In this document: piece after piece, positions 10,771 to 20,348 of the stretch
How positions within the stretch are numbered: the first letter of the stretch is position 1
Layout: each line of letters begins with the position of its first letter
DNA from: Flavisolibacter sp.
GTDB taxonomy: Bacteria; Bacteroidota; Bacteroidia; Chitinophagales; Chitinophagaceae
NCBI GenBank assembly: GCA_045805165.1
Contig: JBJMLT010000455.1
Coordinates: 1-49,168 of the forward strand
DNA: 49,168 nt
Direction: 5' to 3'
Position numbers and translations under genes: made by a program
The notes under the pieces: model-generated
Database searches by the model: none
Seen by the model: the letters and a program-made list of their open reading frames with translations, nothing else
Told to the model about the DNA's origin: nothing

Positions 10771-10969
10771 AAGGGAAAAAAGTGCAGCGAAGTTTGCGGC
10801 CAGGTAAGCCCCTTATTTCCTTAGCTTACTACTATAGGTCCAAATAACTAAGATCAATAGCCAAAAGCTTACGGCATAAACCTCGTTTCGCGGGACACAA
10901 CGCTATCCTTTATTCCGTTTCCTTTTGGCTGTAAAGGGCCGCACTTCCGATAGCTTTCTTTTTTCCCTT
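10771..10969 (+). promoter_or_regulatory. Long nested stem-loop, candidate ssDNA promoter (Frpo/ssi-like)
   Basis: AAGGGAAAAAAG(10771)/CTTTTTTCCCTT(10958), TGCGGCC/GGCCGCA, AGCCAAAAG/CTTTTGGCT and inner CGGCATAAA/TTTATTCCG arms. Confidence 0.55.
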
Positions 10970-11019
10970 TTTCTTTTACAAAACATTTATTTCAGTAACA
11001 GATTTAAACTTAATAAAGT

Positions 11020-11232
11020 ATGAAACACAGAACCCGCCTTTCCTATCTCATGGTGCTGAGTTGGCAGATACAACGGAAGAAAAAACCTACGCGTAGACAA
11101 TCGCTACATGCCGCCTGGGCTATTACATTAAACGAAGATATTACCGTGTACTGCCTGGTTAAGCGCCATAGTAACAGAAACATTCAAATGAAAACAAAAA
11201 ACAACGATCTGGCATTGTTCAGTTTTCAATAA
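11020..11232 (+). CDS. Small basic hypothetical protein, first gene of the leading-region operon
   Basis: 70-aa ORF with an A-rich initiation context, directly before ssb. Confidence 0.6.
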   Translation: MKHRTRLSYLMVLSWQIQRKKKPTRRQSLHAAWAITLNEDITVYCLVKRHSNRNIQMKTKNNDLALFSFQ

Positions 11233-11266
11233 ATCACATCGTTTATTTAATCAAAAAATAACAGTT

Positions 11267-11659
11267 ATGGAAATCACAGCAAGATTAACAGCAGATGCAA
11301 AACTAAAAACTCTGAAAGATGAAAGAAAGGTAGTGAACTTCAATGTAGCTATTAATGATAGTTACAAGTTGAAATACAGTAAAGAATTCAAGAAGGTGGT
11401 TACTTTTATTCAATGCGACTATTGGATGAATCCCTCTATTGCCCAACACCTGACAAAAGGAACCTTGGTGGAATTACAAGGTCGTATTGGTGTTAATACC
11501 TTCAAAGATTTGCAAGGAGAGCCAAAAGCTATCCTGACCTTTCATGTAAATACCATAAAGCTACACGGCAAAGGCAGGAAAGTCGGAAAGGAAAATCTTA
11601 TAGCGCCTTCAGTTTCCACTACCGGTTATAAAGAACCTTTGGAGGATTTACCATTTTAA
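11267..11659 (+). CDS. ssb: Single-stranded DNA-binding protein (mobile-element type)
   Basis: MEITARLTADA...VVNFNVAIND...LTKGTLVELQGRI and an acidic EDLPF C-terminal tip. Confidence 0.92.
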   Translation: MEITARLTADAKLKTLKDERKVVNFNVAINDSYKLKYSKEFKKVVTFIQCDYWMNPSIAQHLTKGTLVELQGRIGVNTFKDLQGEPKAILTFHVNTIKLHGKGRKVGKENLIAPSVSTTGYKEPLEDLPF

Positions 11660-11731
11660 TCAAACTACAATCATTCACAAAAACCGCAGTAGTACCTCCT
11701 GTGGGATATAAATAAAAGCTGGTTAACCAAT

Positions 11732-12799
11732 ATGGCACATAATATCAATTTTAACGATCAAACCGGAAAACACAGTTTCTTTTCGGTAAAAGAAAAAGCC
11801 TGGCACAGCCTTGGACAGATTGTCAATGAATATCCAACCAGTGCAGAAGCTTTGAAATTTGCAGGATTGGATTATATGGTGGAAAAACGAAAACTGTTTA
11901 CTTATGATAACAAAAACCAAAACGGAAACCCGGATACAGATATTATCATTCCTGAAATTGAAGTATCAAACTTTTTCGCCACGCTCAGAACGGATAACGA
12001 AATGGTTTTGGGAGTAGTAGGAAAAGATTATGAGGTGGTGCAAAATATAGATGCTTTTAGTTTTTTTGATGCGATTGTGGGCGGTGACGGCATCCAATAT
12101 GAAACCGCAGGAGCATTAGGCAAGGGTGAACGCATTTTTATTACCGCTAAACTGCCGGATTATATTAAGGTCGGTAAAAATGATCTGATAGAACAATATT
12201 TGTTTTTAACTACTTCTCATGATGGCTTTGGTAGTATTTCAGCAGCTTTTACACCCGTTCGTATTGTTTGCCAGAATACCCTGAACGTGGCCCTTCGCAA
12301 TCATAATAATTCGATAAAGATCAGGCATACCGTCAATGCAAAAGAAAGACTGGAACAGGCACATAAAGTAATAGGGATTTCTAATCAGTTGGCACCTCAG
12401 TTGGAAGAGATTTTTAATAGTTGGTCAAAGATCAGGATGACAGATCACGAAGTACAAAATCTGATACAACTTGCCTTGGTTCCAAATAAAGAAGTATTAC
12501 ATAACCTGCAAACAGAAAAGCAGGATGAACTATCAACCTGCTTTAAAAATATGTGTGATGCTGCTTTTGAATATACTATGACTCATCCCTCCCAGCAGCT
12601 GGAAACCACAAAAGGTACGCTGTTCGGGGCTTATAACGCGGTTACCGGATATTTTCAAAATGTGCGAACATACAAGGATAAGGAAGCCAAAGTAAAATCC
12701 ATTTTATTTGGTGGTACTGCCCAAACGAGAATGCAGAAAGCATTTAATCTATGTGAAGATTTTGGAGCTAAAGGCAAAAAATCTTTTACATTAAACTAA
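11732..12799 (+). CDS. DUF932 / phage-plasmid-like protein
   Basis: MAHNINFN...AWHSLG, YEVVQN, YETAGAL, SHDG, TPVRIVCQNTL and IRHT motifs. Confidence 0.88.
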   Translation: MAHNINFNDQTGKHSFFSVKEKAWHSLGQIVNEYPTSAEALKFAGLDYMVEKRKLFTYDNKNQNGNPDTDIIIPEIEVSNFFATLRTDNEMVLGVVGKDYEVVQNIDAFSFFDAIVGGDGIQYETAGALGKGERIFITAKLPDYIKVGKNDLIEQYLFLTTSHDGFGSISAAFTPVRIVCQNTLNVALRNHNNSIKIRHTVNAKERLEQAHKVIGISNQLAPQLEEIFNSWSKIRMTDHEVQNLIQLALVPNKEVLHNLQTEKQDELSTCFKNMCDAAFEYTMTHPSQQLETTKGTLFGAYNAVTGYFQNVRTYKDKEAKVKSILFGGTAQTRMQKAFNLCEDFGAKGKKSFTLN

Positions 12800-12831
12800 G
12801 AACAGTCCGGGTCTGCCCGGCTGTTCCTTTT
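12800..12831 (+). terminator. Intrinsic terminator after DUF932
   Basis: GAACAGtCCGGG-tctg-CCCGGCTGTTC followed by a short T-run. Confidence 0.65.
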
Positions 12832-12875
12832 ATACAAGGTCTACTTTCATAAAGTTTTGACTAGTTATTAATTCT

Positions 12876-12929
12876 AAAAAAGCTGCTGCCCTTCAGAATG
12901 ACAGATATTATAAAATGGGGCAGCAGCTT
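12876..12929 (-). terminator. 12-bp inverted repeat with 26-nt loop, likely terminator of the minus-strand gene
   Basis: AAGCTGCTGCCC(12880)/GGGCAGCAGCTT(12918), with an A-run on the left (U-run on minus). Confidence 0.5.
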
Positions 12930-12942
12930 GAAATTTCTTTGA

Positions 12943-13968
12943 TTAATTGGAATTGAAATAATTAAGAATGTCGTGATTCCAAACGTAAAAACTTGTAATA
13001 AGGTCTATAAAATGCTGATGGGTTATAGGCTTTTCCAATAACTGAACTTTAGGTACATCGATTTGAAAAATCTTAATGCGTCTACCGATTCGTGTTACTT
13101 CGTTTGCTTTAAGATGATTACTAAGCCTTTTGTCATATTCTTCATTGGTATAAAATCGAATAGCTGCATCACAATGTTTTAATATTCCACTCTGTTTTTG
13201 AAATATCGCATGAAAATATCGACTCCCTCTGAATTCTAACAGGTCAGATTTTGGCATTTCTTCACAGGTAAAATGAATTTCATCGTCTATGGGTTTCCAA
13301 ACAAGATCTGTTCTGTCAATTGAACTACCTGAAGGAAATGTGGCAATAAACTGGGTATGTTCCGCATCCTTGAGATTCTTTATTTTGTTCCAGTTTAATG
13401 ATGTACCGTAGACTTGCATTCTGTACATCATTGGGTTAAATGTCTCTATTGGTTCATGTACTAATGGATCAAGTCGAACCCGAATGAGGTCATTCCGATT
13501 TATAGAAAAAAGGGCCGCAAACAGCCAATAAGAAGAATTGCTAGCATTAGTGCCTGGTAGCAAGGTAAAAGCTCGGCGATGCCTACAAATTCCTCCAGAA
13601 ATTATTTCAAACTCTGAACTGCTTGCCAAATAATTGTTGTCAAGTTCGACATTTGATAGTTCCGGTTGGTTATAAGGTAAAGGAGGTTGAACACTTCTTT
13701 CTAACAGACATTTAATGCGCAACTTATCAATCTCCTTTGATACCAGATCAATAAATACAAGCAACTTCTTATCAACTAAAGTTTTACATCTTCCGAAAAG
13801 ATGCTTGATTGTGCTCTCATGCTCATAAAAAAATACTTGATTTTCGGTAATTCCATCAATATCTTTCAACAAGGCCACATATGCTTCATTACTCTTATCA
13901 TCATACACTTTATAGACCTCAAACATAGGGGCCTTTGTAGATGCTGCAAAATGTAATAATGAATGCAT
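12943..13968 (-). CDS. Hypothetical cargo protein inserted antisense between DUF932 and radC
   Basis: 341-aa ORF with no recognised family. Its 3' end is duplicated at 49066. Confidence 0.75.
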   Translation of the reverse strand: MHSLLHFAASTKAPMFEVYKVYDDKSNEAYVALLKDIDGITENQVFFYEHESTIKHLFGRCKTLVDKKLLVFIDLVSKEIDKLRIKCLLERSVQPPLPYNQPELSNVELDNNYLASSSEFEIISGGICRHRRAFTLLPGTNASNSSYWLFAALFSINRNDLIRVRLDPLVHEPIETFNPMMYRMQVYGTSLNWNKIKNLKDAEHTQFIATFPSGSSIDRTDLVWKPIDDEIHFTCEEMPKSDLLEFRGSRYFHAIFQKQSGILKHCDAAIRFYTNEEYDKRLSNHLKANEVTRIGRRIKIFQIDVPKVQLLEKPITHQHFIDLITSFYVWNHDILNYFNSN

Positions 13969-14024
13969 GTTTTTAATTGATTTAAAAAGTTAATAATTAA
14001 TCTCTATTGATTCTGCACAAAGTT

Positions 14025-14135
14025 CGCTTTTAGGCGGCTGAAGCGACAAGGAAATTCCGGCATAAAGAAGATTTTCCTCAACTAAATCAGCTATTATTTA
14101 TTCCGTTGCTTCCTTGTCTTGGTTGCCTAAAAGCG
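14025..14135 (+). promoter_or_regulatory. Second long stem-loop, related to 10771-10969
   Basis: CGCTTTTAGGC/GCCTAAAAGCG, GACAAGGAA/TTCCTTGTC and the same inner CGGCATAAA/TTTATTCCG arms. Upstream of radC. Confidence 0.55.
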
Positions 14136-14179
14136 GAAACCACTCCATAATCAATTTATAAACTCAAAAAACATGAATT

Positions 14180-14656
14180 ATGGAAAAGAATCTGAGCCTG
14201 GAAGTATTGAACAATGTTTCAGAAATAGACATTATTTATAAAAGAAAAGTTCATTGTAAAGTTTCCGAGAGGCCTTTAATTACATCTTCCGCTGATGGCT
14301 ATGAAGTGTGCTTGCATTATTGGAACTTAGATAAAATAGAATTACTCGAAGAATTTAAAGTCTTATTCCTTAATAGGTCAAATCGCGTGCTTCAGATCCT
14401 TCCTATTTCGCAAGGCGGTATTACCGGAACTGTAGCCGACCCAAGATTGATATTGGCAGCAGCTATTAAAGTAGCGGCCTGCTCTATGATCCTGGTGCAT
14501 AACCACCCATCCGGTAATTTAAAACCTTCAAGATCTGATGAAGAATTAACCAATAAAATCAAAGAAGCAGCAAATTATTTTGATATTAAGGTTTTGGATC
14601 ATTTACTTATTTCTTCCGAAGGATATTATTCTTTCGCAGATGAAGGGCTTTTATAG
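14180..14656 (+). CDS. radC: RadC-like JAB domain protein
   Basis: EEFKVLFLNR, GGITGTVADPR, HNHPSGNLKPSRSD and LDHLLI motifs. Confidence 0.92.
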   Translation: MEKNLSLEVLNNVSEIDIIYKRKVHCKVSERPLITSSADGYEVCLHYWNLDKIELLEEFKVLFLNRSNRVLQILPISQGGITGTVADPRLILAAAIKVAACSMILVHNHPSGNLKPSRSDEELTNKIKEAANYFDIKVLDHLLISSEGYYSFADEGLL

Positions 14657-14666
14657 CCCTTTTTTT
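14643..14666 (+). terminator. Intrinsic terminator overlapping the radC stop
   Basis: AAGGGCT/AGCCCTT stem plus T7. Confidence 0.6.
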
Positions 14667-14751
14667 ATTTCAAAATATAAATTGCCGAGGAGAAAATCCT
14701 AAATAAACTGAGCATCTCAATTTATTACTTTGTAGCTGAAACTCATTAGTA

Positions 14752-15360
14752 ATGAAAAAAGCGATAAGGCAAGAATTTAAAGATGAAAGTTGAGCAATAG
14801 CTCAGATCCTTATGACCGCCCTGGAATCTTTTAAAATATTATTATGTCTAACTAAATCTGAAAAGTTTGAGGAAAGGTCCTTTGTAAAATTTAAAAACCC
14901 ATTTTTTGTCTATGAAGCACAAATACATTGGAGAATAATTGTTCTTGAACTATGCAAACTTTTTTCAGATAAGGAGAACGAACATTATAATCTCAATAAG
15001 TTTATTTCCAGACTAAAAAAAGGAGGTCATTTTGCAGACGCAGAAATTAACGATAGTTCGATTGAAGTATGGAAAGCCCAGTTACGGAAAGAAAATAAAA
15101 AAATTGGAAATTTAATCTTACAACGAGATAAATTGTTTGCACATACTGACAGAAGTAAAGGTAAAGTTGCAAACAATGTCACTATTGGAAAAACAAGAGA
15201 ATTGGTTAAGATGGTACAACAAATTATAAAAGAAATTTATTTGACAGTATTTAAATCTTCTATTCTTATTGATGAACCGATAAGTTCACCAGTTGAAAAT
15301 CTTGAGCAAATCATAGACATCCTTGCCACATGGTTGTGTAAATATTATATAACTTATTGA
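14752..15360 (+). pseudogene. HEPN (AbiU2-like) protein with an in-frame TGA at codon 14
   Basis: RDKLFAH is an Rx5H HEPN motif. ATG 14752 is in frame with the track ORF at 14812 but is interrupted by TGA at 14791-14793. Confidence 0.6.
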
Positions 15361-15402
15361 ATTCTAATTCATTATTGAAATAAAAAAGTAAAATGATATA
15401 TA

Positions 15403-15498
15403 AAATAATACAACATAATAATATATAAATAATACAACATAATATTATACAAATAATACAACATAATATTATACAATTAATACATCATAATAATATAA
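15403..15498 (+). repeat. Four tandem 24-bp repeats (AAATAATACAACATAATAwTATAy)
   Basis: Units start at 15403, 15427, 15451 and 15475. Units 2 and 3 are identical. The array ends 19 nt before the Fic ATG. Confidence 0.9.
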
Positions 15499-15517
15499 TT
15501 TTGGCACAAACTTGTAT

Positions 15518-17065
15518 ATGGCTAAGCCAGCTGAGAAATTAGCAGAATCCTTAGAATTACTTAAAGAGGTACAGGAAAAAGGAATAGTTGCCATTAAAGC
15601 TGAAGACTTTACACGAACACACCGCGAACGACTTTTGGAAAATGGATTCCTTCATGAAGTATACAAGGGTATGTATATCATGACATCTCCTCATGAATCC
15701 AAAGGATCCAGCACCTCCTGGTATAGTAATTTTTGGGCTTTTTGCGCTCAAATTCTGGAAGATAAATTTGGAAAAAATTGGTGTGTCTCCCCGGAACAAT
15801 CATTGATACTGCATGCTGGTAACTGGTCAATACCTACACAATTGATTATAAAATCACCCAACGCGAATGGCTATAAACAGGATTTAATACATGAAACCTC
15901 CATTTTTTACATGAAATCTCCTCTTCCCAAAAATGCAGAAACAGAAGTGTTGAATGGAATTCGTGTATTGACATTGCCTGCGGCATTGATACAGTCAGCC
16001 GCTAATACTTTTACTCAAAACCCTATTGATGCCCGCACGTCACTGTCCATGATCCGTGATTCTTCTGAACTATTAAATCCTCTTCTTGAGGGAGGACATA
16101 GCACCGTAGCAGGTCGGCTTGCAGGCGCTTTTCGGAATATGGGTCGATCTCGGATCGCAGAAGATATCATAAAAACCATGGAAAAAGCAGGCTATGATAT
16201 AAGGGAAGCAGATCCGTTTCAGACGAAATTAATCATACCCTTATCTGGCAGACAACATTCCCCTTATGTAAACCGCATTAAACTCATGTGGCAGGAAATG
16301 AGGGAGAAAGTATTACCTCATTTTCCACCTGCCCCCGGTATTCCCTCAGATATAAAAGCTTATTTGCAAAAAGTAGAAAAAATATATGTGACCGATGCCT
16401 ATCATTCCTTATCTATAGAAAAGTATAAAGTAACTCCTGAATTGATTGATAAAGTGCGGACAGGGAATTGGGATTCTATAGAAAATGAAGAAGATCGCAA
16501 ACAACGGGATGCCATAGCAGCTAAAGGTTACTGGGATGCTTTCCAATCCGTAGAAAAAAGCATTGAGCGAATATTAAAGCAGGAGAATTCGGGTACGGTC
16601 GTTTACGAAGATCATGGCAACTGGTACCGAGAACTATTTGGTCCGAGTGTAACAGCTGGACTGTTAAAACCTTCAGACCTGGCCGGTTACAGAAATCACC
16701 AGGTTTATATTGGTCATTCCAAACATACACCTCTCAACAGGGAAGCAATTCGTGATGCAATGCCCACCCTATTTGAATTAATAGAAAAAGAACCGGAGGC
16801 ATCTGTTAGAACTATTCTAGGCCATTTTATTTTTGTTTTTATTCACCCTTATATGGATGGTAATGGTAGAATGGGTCGATTTTTAATGAACGCTATGTTG
16901 GCTTCTGGAGGATATCCCTGGACCGTAATCCCGGTAGAAAAAAGAGATGACTATATGAATACACTTGAAAAAGCAAGTGTAGAAATGAATATAGAACCAT
17001 TTGCTGCATTCATCGGATATTTAGTGAGTCAGGGATTAAAAGGTAAACCAGTAGCGAAAATTTAA
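15518..17065 (+). CDS. Fic family protein with a large N-terminal region
   Basis: Canonical Fic motif HPYMDGNGRMGR. Confidence 0.92.
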   Translation: MAKPAEKLAESLELLKEVQEKGIVAIKAEDFTRTHRERLLENGFLHEVYKGMYIMTSPHESKGSSTSWYSNFWAFCAQILEDKFGKNWCVSPEQSLILHAGNWSIPTQLIIKSPNANGYKQDLIHETSIFYMKSPLPKNAETEVLNGIRVLTLPAALIQSAANTFTQNPIDARTSLSMIRDSSELLNPLLEGGHSTVAGRLAGAFRNMGRSRIAEDIIKTMEKAGYDIREADPFQTKLIIPLSGRQHSPYVNRIKLMWQEMREKVLPHFPPAPGIPSDIKAYLQKVEKIYVTDAYHSLSIEKYKVTPELIDKVRTGNWDSIENEEDRKQRDAIAAKGYWDAFQSVEKSIERILKQENSGTVVYEDHGNWYRELFGPSVTAGLLKPSDLAGYRNHQVYIGHSKHTPLNREAIRDAMPTLFELIEKEPEASVRTILGHFIFVFIHPYMDGNGRMGRFLMNAMLASGGYPWTVIPVEKRDDYMNTLEKASVEMNIEPFAAFIGYLVSQGLKGKPVAKI

Positions 17066-17163
17066 ATAATCTATAATTTAAAAATATTCTAATAATATTT
17101 AAGAGTTTATTTCTATATTAATGTAATACTTCAATTAAACTAGCAAGCTGGCATTTTTTTAAA

Positions 17164-18879
17164 TTATCTATATGACTGTTTGGAAATCGCAATAAGTTTT
17201 AAATAAATACTATGGAGTTCATCATAGTCAGGAAAAAGTTCACTTTCAACTAGCTCAAATCCTCCTTTATATTTTTCCAATTCAGTGAACTTTAGATTAA
17301 AATAATCATCTTCATTTCTTCTTCGATACAAGAATCTTCCCATAGGCGCAAATTCTAAATTTATTTTCTTTAAAAACATTAAAGAATTAATAATTTCAAA
17401 ATAATCAAAGGCATCATCATAATCTGATGACGCAGTTATTAAATTATTAAAATATGGTTTTAGTTCGTTATAGAGCCATTCACTCATAGGTACAAATTGC
17501 TTATTGCTAAAAACTTCATTTAATAATTTAGGATCCAGTAAGTAAGGATGAATATTGGTTTGAAAAGGTTCCATCCTTTCTGAATGGATATTTCTTGGTG
17601 TCAGATTGTAAATATGTAAAAGCAACTTAAAATCTCTTCTTAAAATCGCAGAAACACCTAATGCATATAATAGATATAGAGAAGGATAATAGAGTAAATT
17701 GTTCCATACTTCATAACTCCCTAAGGCCTGTTTCAAAGGATGGGATAATTTTTTTAAGATCCGGATCCAATGCTTATGATGGAATGCCCTGCCCCAATAA
17801 ACTCCTTGAATACATAAAACAGTAATTGTATCTAATGACTTGGTATCATTTTTTATTTTATAAAGGATTTTGGGTATGTCAGGTACACTAGAATTAACAC
17901 TATTCACCAATTGAAATGCAGATTCAAGTTGTGCATTTATTAAATCATGTAACTGAATTTCATATTCTGCTTTTGTAATATATTTCTTTAACCTGGCTAA
18001 TGCTAGCTCCTTCGTCAATGGCGGTTCTGAGATATTTTTAGATAATGCATCTAAGTTTTCAGTTAATTCATCAAAAAAAAGATCTGCGTTTTTAATTTGA
18101 ATTAGTTTGGCATTCCGAAATTCCGCTAATTCCTGCATCTTATCACTTACAGTATTTAAATAGGTAAAAAAAGTAGAAAAGCGGAACTTATGACTGGATC
18201 TCAATAATTCAACTAAAGCTATATCCCATTGTCCTGACCATCCAACACTGATTAATCCAAAATTTTCAAATATTTCTTTAAGAAGATTTTCCATTCTATT
18301 ATCATATCCGCTCAGCTCCGATTTTAAATTCAAAAATTTAGTATCCAGGTAATCGCCATTGATTTTAATGATAGTACAATTGCTATGTATTAGAGGTATG
18401 GCGCTTTCAATTTGATTTGGATTTGATATAATGGTAGGCTCAATTCCTAGTTCTCGTACTGCGGATTCCAAAAGCCGGTCAAAATTTGTTGTAATTATGA
18501 CTTTAATATAACCCTGCTGAATAAGCAAGGCAATTTTACGATGTGCTATGGTAGGTCGCTTTAATTCTTGATCCTTTTCATCTTCTGTAGGTTCAAAAAA
18601 AGGTTTAAGTAAATTAAGTCGCTCTTCTGATGTAAGCGTTAAATGCTGTAATATGTTAGAATAATCAGGCTCTTCTTTAAAATAATCAACAAACCATTTT
18701 GCAGGGTCAGTTCCTGGATCTTTCTTTTCCAATAAAGCAATCCTTCGAATTAAAGTAAGTGTCAAATCCCAGCCTGTAGCAATTCCGGCAGGTCTGGAAA
18801 TACCTGAACCTAACAATAGCGCATAAACTTTCTGATTGCTAAATAATGAATGAATTAACACAATTTCATTCCCCAACAT
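17164..18879 (-). CDS. SIR2-family (SIR2_2) protein, candidate NADase defence effector
   Basis: YALLLGSGISRPAGIATGW, IITTNFDRLLE, IKINGD and GWSGQWD motifs. Confidence 0.88.
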   Translation of the reverse strand: MLGNEIVLIHSLFSNQKVYALLLGSGISRPAGIATGWDLTLTLIRRIALLEKKDPGTDPAKWFVDYFKEEPDYSNILQHLTLTSEERLNLLKPFFEPTEDEKDQELKRPTIAHRKIALLIQQGYIKVIITTNFDRLLESAVRELGIEPTIISNPNQIESAIPLIHSNCTIIKINGDYLDTKFLNLKSELSGYDNRMENLLKEIFENFGLISVGWSGQWDIALVELLRSSHKFRFSTFFTYLNTVSDKMQELAEFRNAKLIQIKNADLFFDELTENLDALSKNISEPPLTKELALARLKKYITKAEYEIQLHDLINAQLESAFQLVNSVNSSVPDIPKILYKIKNDTKSLDTITVLCIQGVYWGRAFHHKHWIRILKKLSHPLKQALGSYEVWNNLLYYPSLYLLYALGVSAILRRDFKLLLHIYNLTPRNIHSERMEPFQTNIHPYLLDPKLLNEVFSNKQFVPMSEWLYNELKPYFNNLITASSDYDDAFDYFEIINSLMFLKKINLEFAPMGRFLYRRRNEDDYFNLKFTELEKYKGGFELVESELFPDYDELHSIYLKLIAISKQSYR

Positions 18880-19113
18880 ATTTAATTATTTAAAGATCCT
18901 TAATGATCGAAAAATTCCTTTTATTTTAAATCTATGTAAGTCAAAACTAAATTTCTTGCAGTAAATAAATGAAAAATTAAGGAACAAAATCTTTACTTTC
19001 TACATAAATTGTTATCAGTATTAAGTATTTGACTAGAATAATTTAAAATCATTCTAAAACTTAGAAATAAGCAAAACATAATACAAATCATTCATTTCTT
19101 AATTCGATAATTC

Positions 19114-20348
19114 GTGAACTATACTGTATTTTATTCCTGGCAATCAGATTTGAACCCTAAACAGAATAGATCATTTATTCAAAATGTTCTAGGAAAAGCC
19201 GTAAAAAAATTTTTCAAAAATGAAGAATTTGATATTGATGCTGTTATTGACATACTTATGGAATGCCTGGAAGTCCATCAATTGTAGAATCAATTACAGG
19301 AAAGATTGCTAAATCAGATGTTTTTGTCTGCGACATATCTATAATTAATCCGGAGTCTTCTGGCAGGCAAACACCCAACCCAAATGTATTATATGAATTG
19401 GGTTTTGCAACTGCAATTCTAGGTTGGGATCGTATTATTATGGTTCTAAACACAGCTTTTGGGGAGTTGGACAAATTGCCTTTTGATCTAAGAGGTCGGC
19501 GCATTCTTCCTTATCACCTGGATTCAAATCTACTAAATAAAGTGGATGAGAAAATTAAGCTAGAGGAAAAACTAATAGATACATTCAAAAATGCTTTAGC
19601 CTATTATAGTAACATTTATAATACGAAAGAAAAAATCGTTTGGTGGGGAATTTGGGAAATGGAATCAAAAGCAAAAGTACGAGGAGGTCAACTTCATATT
19701 AATCGGTTGTCTTCAGATGCATTTTTCTTTGATATAAGTATATATGATGGAGCCCGATCTGGAAACGTCGCATGAAAAGCTCTCCTTACTACACCCCACT
19801 CTGCTTATGCAAGAATAAATACTTTTGATAACAAACCTTGCGAAATTATATTTAGAAGACATATTGATAGAGATGTGTGGTATATAGATATCGAACAAGG
19901 AATTAATTGCTCATTTTTTCATGGAATGGGTGCACCATTTTCAGGAAGTTATAAACATAAATCAGAATTAGTAATTGATAGAGGATACCTGAATGAAATT
20001 GATTTGATCGAAATTGAACGGTTAACTGGAAAATACCTGCCCAATTTTTTAGATAATTTTCAACAAGTATTTTCCTCACAAGATGTCAATGATAAGTCCT
20101 TAACAGTAATTGATGCTGGTGTGAAAGGCATGTAAACTATCATGGAATCAATTGTAGTAATAAATGCCACTGGAATGTTATGGTGTGGATTTATAGATAT
20201 TGTTAATAGTGCTGTTCGTTATTATACAAATGATCTGGGAACACTTCAATCAATACCTAAACCTATGCAAGATTGGCTTTCTAAATTCCCAGGCCGGAAG
20301 AAAATCCTTAATAATATAGAAACAACAGAAATACAATCGAATCAATAA
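19114..20348 (+). pseudogene. TIR-like / nucleoside deoxyribosyltransferase-like protein, disrupted
   Basis: GTG 19114 gives VFYSWQSD. A frameshift near 19250 leads into PGSP..KIAKSDVFVCD..PNPNVLYELGFA..LPFDL. In-frame stops at 19773 (TGA) and 20133 (TAA) separate three same-frame track ORFs. Confidence 0.75.

Noticed and set aside
15403-15498. Possible CRISPR array
   Set aside because: The repeats are contiguous with no unique spacers, and no cas genes are present.
14791-20135. Stop-codon recoding as an explanation for the in-frame TGA codons
   Set aside because: TGA ends many intact genes in the window, and the TIR-like gene also has a TAA stop and a frameshift, which indicates decay.
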